Assembly: GCA_049860595.1 (NCBI GenBank)
Contig: CP187551.1
Length of the DNA: 64,000 bases
Direction: 5' to 3' (one strand)
Source of the DNA: Methanocaldococcus sp. 16A
Lineage (GTDB): Archaea > AGJL01 > Methanococci > Methanococcales > Methanocaldococcaceae
Made by a program: the position numbers and the translations under genes. The notes below the pieces were generated by a model. The model worked only from the letters and a program-made list of their open reading frames with translations. It was not told the DNA's origin and searched no databases. Positions 50,955 to 61,094 of the stretch are shown piece by piece (the first letter of the stretch is position 1; each line of letters opens with the position of its first letter).

Positions 50955-52456
50955 TGACAACTCTCCGCCCAAAGCAGAGGTTTCTTTAGGAGAGCAGAGG
51001 GTTAAAAACCCTCACCCTCCATGGGTTGCCAAGCCCACTATCCCTATCCCTTTCGGGATTCGGGACTACCTTAAATAAAATATTCCTCGCACCATTAACA
51101 TCCGCATTAATAACAGCTCCACACTCAGAACAAACATATAAACCTCTATATTTCCTATTCGATTTCTTTATTACTCCACAAACACTGCATTTTTGAGATG
51201 TATAACTTTCATTCACCAAATCTACTGTTATTCCTTCTTCTTCAGCTTTATAAGTTATTTTATGTATTAGTTTTCCGAACGGAATTCTGTGCAGTTGCTG
51301 ATTTATTCTATCTCCAATATCAATTTTAGTTAAATTTTCACTTAAATTTCCTATAACAATCTTCGAAACTCCTTTTTCTTTCGCTAAATTTACAATCCCT
51401 CTGCTAATCTTGTGAATATAGTCATTAATATAATTCCTTTCCTTCACCGCTAACTTCGATAATTGCTTGCAAGTCTTCAAACCTTGTTCTGCAATTTGAG
51501 ATTTAACTCTCGCTATCTCTTTAGCGAACCACCTTAATTTAGACAATAAAATTTTCCCATCGAATATTAATGGTTGTTTATCTCCTTGTATCACTGTAGT
51601 TGCTAAGTTCTTCACTCCTAAATCTACTGCCATTACTTTTTCTTTCTTAGGTTTTTCTGGATTAACTTCCTTTTTATAAATCAAATGTAGAACATAAAAT
51701 CTCTGCCCATAAATATCGTGAGGAACAATCTCAACCTCTTTAACCTGCATGACATCGAGCGGTAGAGTTTTCGGCATCGTAGCTTTGCTACGAGTAGCAA
51801 AATTCTTTGAATTTTGCATGAACTCTACCCATAGAAACTTGGACTCGATGCCATGCTTTTCTTTGAGATATTGTCTTGTTTGCTTTGATAAGGACAATCT
51901 TAACTTATTACCGATAATTTTAAGTCCATCTTTTTTCCATTTCACTGGAAAATGTCCATTTTTAGGTTGAAATCTTGGTCTCTTCGTATGTTGTTTAAAG
52001 CAGTTGAGCCATGCGATTTTTAATTTCTGCAAAACTGCTTGTGCTGACTGTGAATGAAGGTTTTTATACCAAAAATTAGTTTTTAGTTTCTTTTCTAATT
52101 CATTAATCTTTATATTGCCTTGCATAACTTGATAGTTAGCAACATTCCATAATTTTGATGAGAAATAAGTTAAATGGTTTAAGATAATCCATTGTTCGTC
52201 TGTTAATTTTCTCGTTAGATTTATCGTTAAAACTCTCGTTACTTCCAACATAGACACCTTTCTGGTAGTCCGTATGATGTGGTGGTATTTCTTTGGTAGG
52301 GATTTAATTCCAGAATAACTATATTATATAGGACAACATTAATATATAAAATTATGTCTCCTTCTTTCTCCCCTATCTCCTTGTGAAGCAAGGAGAGTGT
52401 ACTGAAATCTGAAAGATTTGTCTGAATTCATCACCGCCCTAAAGCAGAGTTTCTTA
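50955..52456 (-). mobile_element. IS200/IS605-family (IS1341-type, tnpB-only) element
   Basis: Single tnpB; shared subterminal motif CCGCCC(T)AAAGCAGAG(G)TTTCTT at 50967 and 52434; TTAC precedes the inferred left end; right end ...GTTGTCA. Confidence 0.75.
50986..52257 (-). CDS. tnpB: RNA-guided endonuclease TnpB
   Basis: LWN, AVDLG (RuvC-I), ESYTSQKCS.CG / C..CG Zn ribbon, NADVNGA.NI (RuvC-III). Confidence 0.93.
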   Translation of the reverse strand: MSMLEVTRVLTINLTRKLTDEQWIILNHLTYFSSKLWNVANYQVMQGNIKINELEKKLKTNFWYKNLHSQSAQAVLQKLKIAWLNCFKQHTKRPRFQPKNGHFPVKWKKDGLKIIGNKLRLSLSKQTRQYLKEKHGIESKFLWVEFMQNSKNFATRSKATMPKTLPLDVMQVKEVEIVPHDIYGQRFYVLHLIYKKEVNPEKPKKEKVMAVDLGVKNLATTVIQGDKQPLIFDGKILLSKLRWFAKEIARVKSQIAEQGLKTCKQLSKLAVKERNYINDYIHKISRGIVNLAKEKGVSKIVIGNLSENLTKIDIGDRINQQLHRIPFGKLIHKITYKAEEEGITVDLVNESYTSQKCSVCGVIKKSNRKYRGLYVCSECGAVINADVNGARNILFKVVPNPERDRDSGLGNPWRVRVFNPLLS

Positions 52457-52464
52457 GTAACAAT

Positions 52465-53403
52465 TTATGTAAAGAATCCTGGAGCGAATTTTAGAATTGA
52501 GTAATACGCTAAAATACCAATAGTCATAGTTATAGCTGAGATAAAGAACATCCTTCCAATTTTTAATCCGAATATGGGAATTGCAAATAGAGCTCCTATA
52601 ATTGCTGTCCCTATTTGTATAGTCTCTAAACCTCTTGATATATCTTCTGGATTAACTGGAGGTAATGGAGTTATTCCGCCTAGCATGTTGGATATAGTTA
52701 TTAGATAAGCACCTAATAATCCAGCGACTGCTGGAATGACGCCACATAATATAATAAAACCAATAGCTAAACCTGTAGCCGTAACACTCATTAATTGTCT
52801 TTTATACATTTTAAAATCATCAAGAGTCTTAGCTAAAATTTTTAATGAATTCGCTAAGTCACCTCCATATTTTCTATTTTCAATCATAATTCTTGTTAAC
52901 ATCTTTAAAACTTTAGAATCATATAAATGGGATACAACAGTCATAGCTTCTTCAAAACTAACCTTTTGTTTTTCCATTAAATAGAGAACTTTCCTAAAAA
53001 CATTACTAACTTCTTTTATATTACTTTTTACGACTTCATCTAACGCTTCGTTTATAGACCTCCCAGATTCAAGAGCTAATATCATAATATAAAGGGCTTG
53101 TGGGATGTTATTTTCAAGCGTTTCTATTTTATTTTCATATAGTATGGATGGTAAGGACATTGTTGCTCCCATATATAAAATTGTTAATATGACAATACTT
53201 TTAATGGTTAAATTAAAGTATAACCCTATAATAATGGAAATTATTACAATAACTACTATAAAAACAATAAATTTTTTATCATCAATATTCCTTCCCAATT
53301 TTTTTAGGATAATAGTATTTTTCTTAATGGTGTGATAATATAAAAGTTCAAGATATTTCATGAGTATCACTTTATTCAACCTTAAATTTAACAAAGATTC
53401 CAA
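52465..53403 (-). CDS. Type IV pilus/T2SS F-domain platform protein (TadC-like)
   Basis: P.AL..M...LESG, GG.L...L; TM helices. Confidence 0.85.
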   Translation of the reverse strand: MESLLNLRLNKVILMKYLELLYYHTIKKNTIILKKLGRNIDDKKFIVFIVVIVIISIIIGLYFNLTIKSIVILTILYMGATMSLPSILYENKIETLENNIPQALYIMILALESGRSINEALDEVVKSNIKEVSNVFRKVLYLMEKQKVSFEEAMTVVSHLYDSKVLKMLTRIMIENRKYGGDLANSLKILAKTLDDFKMYKRQLMSVTATGLAIGFIILCGVIPAVAGLLGAYLITISNMLGGITPLPPVNPEDISRGLETIQIGTAIIGALFAIPIFGLKIGRMFFISAITMTIGILAYYSILKFAPGFFT

Positions 53404-54418
53404 ATATTAATGTTAGTAAGGGACCAATTTTTGTTAATAAAAGATCTAAGGCGTTTAATATTCCGGGAAATCCTTGATTAGCTATCATGGTTGATAAAAT
53501 CATCCCACTAAATGGAAGAATTAACCCTACACCAAATGCCAAGTTTCCTAAGTTTTGGATCATAAATTTAGACGAATCTAATTTAATCATAGATTCTCTA
53601 ACGATATCGTCATATAGTTTTTCTAATAGTAATGGTAGATTACCTTTATTATACCCTATAATCATTTGGTCATATAATTTTTTTAATAATGGAATTTCAG
53701 TTCTTAGTTTAGCTCTTTCAAGAGCTTCAGCCAAACTATAACCGGACATATTAACATCTCTAATTATAGTTTTTGCTTCAAATGCTACAATACCGTATTC
53801 ATTACTTTTGGATATACTTTCAAGAACCTCGGGAAGAGAAGCTCCTGCCCTAAGTATTGATATCATATACAGTAAAGTAAATAACACTTGTAATTTTATC
53901 TCTCCTTTAAACAATATTAACTTAATTTTTGGATAAAATATTGACAGTATTAATACAATAATTGAACCAATAATTCCATTTAACAGACCTCCAATAATAT
54001 TTTCATCTAAGAGTCCCATAAATAACAACACAATAAAAACAAATATCATATATACAATTACTTTTTTAAAATATTCTATCTCATTTTCAAATCCTATATA
54101 TTTAAGTTGGTTTCTTGATAGAATTTTTACATTTTTAAAAATATTAGATAATGATTCAGCAGATTTCTTAATAAATTCTTCTTCATATAATAAAAACTCA
54201 TATTTTTTGAACTTTTCATAAGTTAGCATTTCTTCAGGTTCAATATATACATCATAGAACTCAGAAATTTTAATTCCTAACTTTTCACCCATTTTTTTCA
54301 TTTCAGACAGTAATTTGGCATCTAATGATTTAAGTCCCCATTTATATAAAAATATGTCAATCTTTATTTTAATTCTTTTAAATTTTTCTTTTAAATTTTC
54401 TAGCATTTTAATCCCCAA
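53372..54418 (-). CDS. Type IV pilus/T2SS F-domain platform protein (TadB-like)
   Basis: LRAGASL, YG....E, G.SL.EAL. Confidence 0.85.
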   Translation of the reverse strand: MGIKMLENLKEKFKRIKIKIDIFLYKWGLKSLDAKLLSEMKKMGEKLGIKISEFYDVYIEPEEMLTYEKFKKYEFLLYEEEFIKKSAESLSNIFKNVKILSRNQLKYIGFENEIEYFKKVIVYMIFVFIVLLFMGLLDENIIGGLLNGIIGSIIVLILSIFYPKIKLILFKGEIKLQVLFTLLYMISILRAGASLPEVLESISKSNEYGIVAFEAKTIIRDVNMSGYSLAEALERAKLRTEIPLLKKLYDQMIIGYNKGNLPLLLEKLYDDIVRESMIKLDSSKFMIQNLGNLAFGVGLILPFSGMILSTMIANQGFPGILNALDLLLTKIGPLLTLIFGIFVKFKVE

Positions 54419-54430
54419 ATAAAAATAAAT

Positions 54431-56623
54431 TTAAATAGATAGGAATTTTAAAAGTTTTTCAGGGTCAGATTGATAAGCCATAATATACTTAGAGACATCT
54501 TCAAGTTTTCTGATATTGTTTTTATATAAATAACTTATAACTTTTTTTCTATTTTCTCTATCTCTTAGTAATTCTTCTCTTGAAATACCTGCAATTTCAC
54601 AAACTACCTCTTCCCACATACATATTCCTCTTCTTTCTAAATGGTCTTTTATACCATTATACTCATAAAGCTTAGTTTTGGCAATTTCATGACCCTCTCC
54701 ACCACCTTTAACAATCTCTATAATTTCTAAAATTCTTCTTACAGTTTTTCCACCTCTTCTAATTCTTTGCTGGTTTATAATAAAATCTAACGCTGTTAGC
54801 ATAATTTTTGGAACATTCATTGGAGGGCTTGTTAATCTTAAAATAGCCTCATCGGCACTATTTGCGTGTAATGTCCCTGAGCAGTTTGAAACAATAATCC
54901 CTCCAAACTTCCCAGCAATATAGGTGTGGTTATCTTTAACTGTTAAGTCATAAATGTATCCATCATAATAAATTTCTTGAATATCAATTATCACATCCCA
55001 ATATATATCTGAATTTACTAAAATTTTTAATTCGTTAGTGTTTAGAGTATTAATTCTATGTAGCTCATTTTTTGATGATGGATTTTCTATATCTTCTTTC
55101 TCATGAATTTTTAAGTCTCTTGGAAGTGCAATATAATCACTAACTTTAGCCATTTCAGCATTAACTTCTAATATTTTTCCATCTTTTAAAATATATATTG
55201 GATGGTCATAAGTTAAGACAATATCTTTACCACTTTTTGTTTTTATCTTTAACATTTTTCCATGATATTTTTTTCTCCAAACTCTTGATATTAGTTTATC
55301 TTCAATTTTTAATGTGGTTTTATTGAAGCTCTTAATAAATATATTTTCATTAGATATGTCTATAAATTCAAAACCATTTTTTTCTCTAACACTTTTTGAT
55401 TTATATTTTTTAAAAAATTTATCTACAAATGTTCCTATCTCTACGATATCTCCATTAGATAAATATATAGGCTCATCATAAGCTAAAGCACCATCATGCC
55501 CTGTATTCATAGCAACTAGTAATGAGTGTGCTTCCTCTCCTCTAACTTCTCCGACAAATATTCTATCTGGCCTCATTCTTAGAGCATTTTTAATTAAATC
55601 GTCCATTGTAACCTCATATTCAGGCATTCCAGGTCTTGCAGGTCTTGTAACCATTTTTATAACATGTTTATGAGGAATTTGCAATTCTGGAGTATCTTCT
55701 ATGGTAATAATTCTTTCATTATACATTGAAAATAATGATAAAACATTCAATAAGGTAGTTTTTCCAGAACCTGTTCCACCGACTATTAATGTATTAGCTG
55801 GCTTAGCTCCAAAATATCCTTCAACTGCTTGCCATAAAAAAGCTGCGGTATCTATATCTAATGTTCCAAAGTTTATTAAATCTATAACTGTTAATGGACG
55901 TTTAGAGAACTTTCTTATTGTTAAAGTAGCTCCATTCATTGTTATATCTGCTGTAGTAGCATTTACCCTGCTACCGTCTGGTAAGAAAGCGTCAAGCATT
56001 GGGACTCTTGAATCTATTGGTCTATTAACTAAATTTGCAATACTTTCTATGATTCTATCAACTTCGTTTCTGTCTAATATAATATTTGTTTCACACATTT
56101 GGTGTTTTCTATGGAATACAAATACTGGAACGTTATATCCATTAACCATAACTTCTTCTAATTGGTCATCGTGTAATGGTATTTCTAATAACCCTAACCT
56201 ACCTGATATTAGATAAAAATACTTAGCTAATGAATCAATATATGGAATACTTAAATTATATCTTACGGAAAAATCAGATAAATACTCTTTTATTTGTTTA
56301 TATTCAATTAATCCAAGCTCTCCAATCTGTATTTTTATTAAATTAATGTTTTCTTTTGAAAGTTTTGATAGTGAATTTTCAATCTTTTCAATTTCTGGTA
56401 TTAAATAATAGATATAACCTTCTTCTTTCTTTATCACTACTTCTACACTTATATCATCAACATTAACTACATATGAATCTAATACATTTTCATCTTTAAT
56501 TTCACTACGTTTTGATAATAAACTTTCAGTTTTTGTAACAGATTTTTTATCTGCTGATGTAGGTTTTGATTCTTTTATAATACTTTTTTCAGTCTTTTTT
56601 TGAATTTTATCAAATAATCCCAA
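54431..56623 (-). CDS. klbA: KlbA/TadA-type secretion ATPase, intein-containing
   Basis: GGTGSGKTT, IEDTPEL, LRMRPDRI.VGEVRG.EA, MNTGH[intein]..GTLHAN. Confidence 0.92.
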   Translation of the reverse strand: MGLFDKIQKKTEKSIIKESKPTSADKKSVTKTESLLSKRSEIKDENVLDSYVVNVDDISVEVVIKKEEGYIYYLIPEIEKIENSLSKLSKENINLIKIQIGELGLIEYKQIKEYLSDFSVRYNLSIPYIDSLAKYFYLISGRLGLLEIPLHDDQLEEVMVNGYNVPVFVFHRKHQMCETNIILDRNEVDRIIESIANLVNRPIDSRVPMLDAFLPDGSRVNATTADITMNGATLTIRKFSKRPLTVIDLINFGTLDIDTAAFLWQAVEGYFGAKPANTLIVGGTGSGKTTLLNVLSLFSMYNERIITIEDTPELQIPHKHVIKMVTRPARPGMPEYEVTMDDLIKNALRMRPDRIFVGEVRGEEAHSLLVAMNTGHDGALAYDEPIYLSNGDIVEIGTFVDKFFKKYKSKSVREKNGFEFIDISNENIFIKSFNKTTLKIEDKLISRVWRKKYHGKMLKIKTKSGKDIVLTYDHPIYILKDGKILEVNAEMAKVSDYIALPRDLKIHEKEDIENPSSKNELHRINTLNTNELKILVNSDIYWDVIIDIQEIYYDGYIYDLTVKDNHTYIAGKFGGIIVSNCSGTLHANSADEAILRLTSPPMNVPKIMLTALDFIINQQRIRRGGKTVRRILEIIEIVKGGGEGHEIAKTKLYEYNGIKDHLERRGICMWEEVVCEIAGISREELLRDRENRKKVISYLYKNNIRKLEDVSKYIMAYQSDPEKLLKFLSI
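54884..55489 (-). mobile_element. Mini-intein (202 aa), Ala-start, KlbA type
   Basis: GHDG|ALAYDEPIY...LTYDHP...YDLTV..NHTY...IVSN|C; no LAGLIDADG motifs. Confidence 0.9.
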
Positions 56624-56687
56624 TATATACCACCTTAAAAATGATTAAATTCTATTAACTCAAAAATTTTTAAATAATTTCTTCAAC

Positions 56688-57692
56688 TTACAAAGTAACA
56701 TCAATATCTAAGTGTTCTGTTAGCTCTTTATATCTGTTTCTTATTGTCACTTCTGTCACTCCAGCAACTTCAGCAACTTCTCTTTGAGTTCTTCTACAGC
56801 CAAGTAAGACACTTGCGATATATATTGCTGCAGCAGCAACTCCAGTAGGGCCTCTACCACTTGTTAATCCCTTTTCAGCGGCTTGTTGTAATATTTGTAT
56901 TGCCTTAGATTCAACTTCTCCAGGCAATCCAAGTTCGGATGCAAATCTTGGCACATAATCGATAGGATTTGTTGGAGTTAATTTTATACCTAATTCTCTT
57001 GCTAAAAATCTATATGTTCTTCCAATTTCTTTTCTATCTACTCTTGAAGCTTCAGCAATCTCATCTAATGTTCTTGGTACTCTACATCTTCTACAAGCTG
57101 CGTAAATAGCAGCTGCAACTACTCCTTCAATGCTTCTTCCTCTTATTAATCCTTTCTCAACAGCTCCTCTGTAAATTATAGCAGCATTCTCCCTTACATG
57201 TCTTGGCAATCCAAGTTTTGATGTAATTCTATCTAATTCTGATAAAGCAAATGCTAAATTTCTTTCTGCAGCATCACTGACTCTAATTCTTCTCTGCCAT
57301 TTTCTTAATCTATAGAGCTGAGCTCTTTTGTTTGCGGATAAGTCCTTTCCATAACTATCTTTATTTCTCCAATCAATAACTGTTGATAAACCTTTGTCGT
57401 GAATGGTGTAAGTCATAGGAGCTCCAACTCTACATCTCTTAATCTTTTGTTCATGGTCAAATGCTCTCCACTCTGGTCCAATATCAAACAACTTCTCTTT
57501 AATAACACATCCACATTTGGCACAAACTATCTCTGCTCTTTCATAATCTTTAACAACATCTTTACTACCACAAATTGGACAAATAATATCTTCTTCACTA
57601 ATATTACTTTCTTTTTTTTCAGATTTTCCAGATTTTGTTATAATTTTCTTTTCTTTTGTGTTTTTTTCTTCTTTAGTTTTGAGAGCTTCCAT
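56688..57692 (-). CDS. tfb: Transcription initiation factor IIB (intein-free)
   Basis: CPICG Zn ribbon, GPEWRAF, two cyclin repeats, [10 protein letters not shown]. Confidence 0.97.
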   Translation of the reverse strand: MEALKTKEEKNTKEKKIITKSGKSEKKESNISEEDIICPICGSKDVVKDYERAEIVCAKCGCVIKEKLFDIGPEWRAFDHEQKIKRCRVGAPMTYTIHDKGLSTVIDWRNKDSYGKDLSANKRAQLYRLRKWQRRIRVSDAAERNLAFALSELDRITSKLGLPRHVRENAAIIYRGAVEKGLIRGRSIEGVVAAAIYAACRRCRVPRTLDEIAEASRVDRKEIGRTYRFLARELGIKLTPTNPIDYVPRFASELGLPGEVESKAIQILQQAAEKGLTSGRGPTGVAAAAIYIASVLLGCRRTQREVAEVAGVTEVTIRNRYKELTEHLDIDVTL

Positions 57693-57732
57693 AGGCTACA
57701 CCATTAAAGTTTATAGTTTTTTACAAAAAACT

Positions 57733-57978
57733 TTAATTTTTCTTCTTAGAATTTTTATATTTAGATTTATCGTTTTTAATATATGCAATTCCAGAAACTT
57801 CTATATCTTTATTGATTGGGAGTATTTTTACATATGGTTTAGCTACAGGTCCAAAAATATCTACTACCTTACCAATTTTCTTATTTTTGAAAATAACAAC
57901 TGAACCAATCTTTATCTCTCTCTTTCCTCTACCTATCAAGAAACCCTTTGGCGTTTTATGAAGTATTTCTACTTTCAA
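57733..57978 (-). CDS. gar1: H/ACA RNP Gar1/Naf1 protein
   Basis: IGKVVDIFGPV.KPY. Confidence 0.88.
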   Translation of the reverse strand: MKVEILHKTPKGFLIGRGKREIKIGSVVIFKNKKIGKVVDIFGPVAKPYVKILPINKDIEVSGIAYIKNDKSKYKNSKKKN

Positions 57979-58118
57979 ATCACTCCCTCTATATATGCTA
58001 ATTTATCTTTATTGAAAAATGGTATAAATAGTTTTCGAAAACTTTATATATATGTGTTTTGAAGAGGTATATATACTTAATGAAAATATATTTAAATATA
58101 TAAAATTAAAGTGAAAAC

Positions 58119-58679
58119 ATGAAAATCTTAGATTTAACCCAGGTTTTAATTAATTTTCCATATCCGGGAGACCCAGAGCTGAAAATTACTGAAAAAAGGA
58201 TGGATAAGTTTATAATATCAGAGATAGTTATGGGCTCTCATCTCTCTACTCATGTAGATTATCCAAAACATATTGGCTTAGAAAATATAATTTTTTCTAA
58301 AGATTTGATAATTAAAGGAGTTGGGTATTGTATATCTTTGAATAATTTTGAGATAAATAAGTTACCTGTTTGTGATATATTACTAATTTATACAGGATTT
58401 TCTAAATATTGGGGAAAAGAAGAGTATTTCGAAAAAATTCCAGATATTTATTTTTTAGATGATATTATTAAAAGCAACATAAAATGTGTTGGCATAGATG
58501 CATGCACAATTGGTGGATTTGAGGAGCATAAAAAGCTTCTGTCAAATAATATCTTAATTATTGAAAATTTAAACGAAAATTTAAAAAATTTAGTTGGAAA
58601 GAAGTTCTATTTTTTAGGATTACCATTAAAGATATTCGATATTGATGCCTCTCCAATCAGATGCATCGCTATTTTTTAG
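58119..58679 (+). CDS. Cyclase/kynurenine formamidase family protein
   Basis: YPGDP, H.STHVD.P.H, GID, IIENL, DASP.R. Confidence 0.85.
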   Translation: MKILDLTQVLINFPYPGDPELKITEKRMDKFIISEIVMGSHLSTHVDYPKHIGLENIIFSKDLIIKGVGYCISLNNFEINKLPVCDILLIYTGFSKYWGKEEYFEKIPDIYFLDDIIKSNIKCVGIDACTIGGFEEHKKLLSNNILIIENLNENLKNLVGKKFYFLGLPLKIFDIDASPIRCIAIF

Positions 58680-58841
58680 ACCATATTTAATTTTTTATAT
58701 TGGCTATTAGAGAAATTATTTGGATAGATAATACTTATTTATGGCTATTTACTATCTGAAATCAAATAGATAATTTTATATATTACCAAATATAACAATA
58801 ATATTACTAATATTGTTTAAAATATTTAACAAGGTGATAGT

Positions 58842-59873
58842 GTGAAAATAGCAATCTTAGGAGCAGGATGTTACAGAACTCATGCAGCTGCAGGGATTAC
58901 AAACTTCATGAGAGCATCACAAGTTGCTAAAGAAGTTGGAAAACCAGAAATTGCATTAACACACTCAACAATTACAATGGGAGCTGAGCTCTTACACTTG
59001 GTAGATGATGTTAAAGAAGTTATTGTTTCAGACCCATGCTTTGCTGAGGAGCCAGGATTAGTTGTTATTGATGAATTTGACCCAAAAGAAGTTATGGAAG
59101 CTCACTTAAATGGAAATCCAGAAAGTATAATGCCAAAGATTAGAGAAGTCGTTAAGGCAAAGGCAAAAGAGTTACCAAAACCACCAAAGGCATGCATACA
59201 CTTTGTCCATCCAGAGGATGTTGGTTTAAAAGTTACATCAGATGATAGAGAGGCAGTTGCAGATGCAGATATTATTTTAACATGGTTACCAAAAGGAAAC
59301 AAACAACCAGACATTATTAAGAAATTTGCAGATGCAATTCCAGAAGGAGCTATTGTAACCCACGCGTGTACAATTCCTACAACAAAATTCGCAAAAATCT
59401 TTAAGGATTTAGGAAGAGAAGACTTAAACATAACCTCATACCACCCAGGATGTGTTCCAGAGATGAAAGGACAAGTTTATATAGCAGAAGGCTACGCAAG
59501 TGAGGAAGCTGTTAACAAATTATATGAAATCGCTAAAATTGCAAGAGGTCAAGCATTTAAGATGCCTGCTAACTTAATAGGTCCAGTTTGTGATATGTGT
59601 TCAGCAGTTACAGCAGTAGTTTATGCTGGTTTATTAGCTTACAGAGATGCAGTTACAAAGATTTTAGGAGCTCCTGCTGACTTCGCTCAGATGATGGCAG
59701 ATGAAGCTTTAACTCAAATGCTTAACTTAATGAAAGAGAAAGGAATTGCAAACATGGAAGAAGCTTTAGACCCAGCAGCATTATTAGGAACAGCAGACAG
59801 TATGTGCTTTGGTCCATTAGAAGATATCTTACCAACAGCATTGAAGGTATTAGAAAAACACAAAAAAGAATAA
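58842..59873 (+). CDS. hmd: [Fe]-hydrogenase (H2-forming methylene-H4MPT dehydrogenase)
   Basis: MKIAILGAGCYRTHAA, THACTIP, YHPGCVPEMKGQ, CDMCS. Confidence 0.97.
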   Translation: MKIAILGAGCYRTHAAAGITNFMRASQVAKEVGKPEIALTHSTITMGAELLHLVDDVKEVIVSDPCFAEEPGLVVIDEFDPKEVMEAHLNGNPESIMPKIREVVKAKAKELPKPPKACIHFVHPEDVGLKVTSDDREAVADADIILTWLPKGNKQPDIIKKFADAIPEGAIVTHACTIPTTKFAKIFKDLGREDLNITSYHPGCVPEMKGQVYIAEGYASEEAVNKLYEIAKIARGQAFKMPANLIGPVCDMCSAVTAVVYAGLLAYRDAVTKILGAPADFAQMMADEALTQMLNLMKEKGIANMEEALDPAALLGTADSMCFGPLEDILPTALKVLEKHKKE

Positions 59874-59987
59874 ATTTGCTTTTTAAATCTTTTTTATTTT
59901 TTATTTTTTTATTTTATTTTAATTTATAGAATAATAGAAAACTTTTTAATCTTTTTTAGCTGTAAGATATTTTGATGTTTAACCATA

Positions 59988-61073
59988 ATGATTGGTGATG
60001 TAATGGTATTTGAGAAGATAGAGGAGAATTTTAAAGAGCTAAAAGAAGGAAACAAACAATTTATAAAAAATGGGCTTATAGATGAGGATGAATCATTAAA
60101 ACTATTTAAAATAGACAATTGGAGAGATTATTTGAAATTATTTAGATTAGCTTCAGAAGTTAGAGACTTTTTTAAGAAAGAGATTGAAATAACTTCAACA
60201 ATCCATATAACAAATATTTGCAAGATTAATCCAAAATGCTCATACTGCGGTTTTGCCGCCGGAACTTCAAAAGAAGGATATTATAAACCATTTAGATTAA
60301 ATGACGAGGATATAAAAAAATCAGCAATAGCAATTGAAGAGAGTGGAATAAAAAGAGTTAGTTGCTCTTCTGCACATGGTTATGAAGGTAGAGAGGTTGT
60401 TAGAGCTTTAAAAATAGTTAAGGATAATACAAACTTAGAGGTTTTAGTTAATGCTGGAGCAGATTTAACTGAAGAAGCAATAAAGGAGCTTAAAAAATAT
60501 GGCATAGATACAATCTGCTGTAACTTAGAGACGATAAATGAAGAACTTTTTAAAAAATTAAAACCTGGGGAGGAATTGGAAGATAGGATAAGAGTTTGTA
60601 AATTAGTCAATAAATATGATATTGAGTTATCTTCCGGTTTATTAATAGGGATAGGCGAGAGTTATGAAGATAGGGTAGAGCATTTATTTTATTTAAAAAA
60701 TGAATTAAATGTTGGGGAAATACCTATAATGGGTTTCAATCCTTATAAAGGAACACCAATGGAGAATCATCCAAAATGCTCTGCCTTAGAGCAGGCAAAG
60801 ACAATAGCTATAACAAGGCTATTATTTCCAAATATAAGGATTACTTCACCAACACCAACAATAGGGGCTGAGTTGGTGCAATTTGCTTTATTAGGGGGGG
60901 CAAGTAATATAGCAACGGTTATTCCAAGAAATCATCCAATAAACATTAAGGGAGTAGGTAGTCCAAAAACTGGAAATTTAGAAGAAGTAGTTAAAATGAT
61001 TGTAGATTTGGGTTTAAAACCAAAATTGGATTGGAAGAAATATAAGGAATATTTAAAAGTTTATGGAAGATAA
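59988..61073 (+). CDS. hcgA: FeGP cofactor radical SAM protein
   Basis: CX5CX2C motif CKINPKCSYC; adjacent to hmd. Confidence 0.9.
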   Translation: MIGDVMVFEKIEENFKELKEGNKQFIKNGLIDEDESLKLFKIDNWRDYLKLFRLASEVRDFFKKEIEITSTIHITNICKINPKCSYCGFAAGTSKEGYYKPFRLNDEDIKKSAIAIEESGIKRVSCSSAHGYEGREVVRALKIVKDNTNLEVLVNAGADLTEEAIKELKKYGIDTICCNLETINEELFKKLKPGEELEDRIRVCKLVNKYDIELSSGLLIGIGESYEDRVEHLFYLKNELNVGEIPIMGFNPYKGTPMENHPKCSALEQAKTIAITRLLFPNIRITSPTPTIGAELVQFALLGGASNIATVIPRNHPINIKGVGSPKTGNLEEVVKMIVDLGLKPKLDWKKYKEYLKVYGR

Positions 61074-61094
61074 ACTATAAAAATTAGTGAGAAA

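Noticed and set aside
52258-52456. tnpA (Y1 transposase) remnant upstream of tnpB
   Set aside because: No HUH or Y1 motif found in any frame
56688-57692. Intein in TFB, as recalled for M. jannaschii
   Set aside because: Sequence is continuous ([11 protein letters not shown]) and normal length; this allele is intein-free
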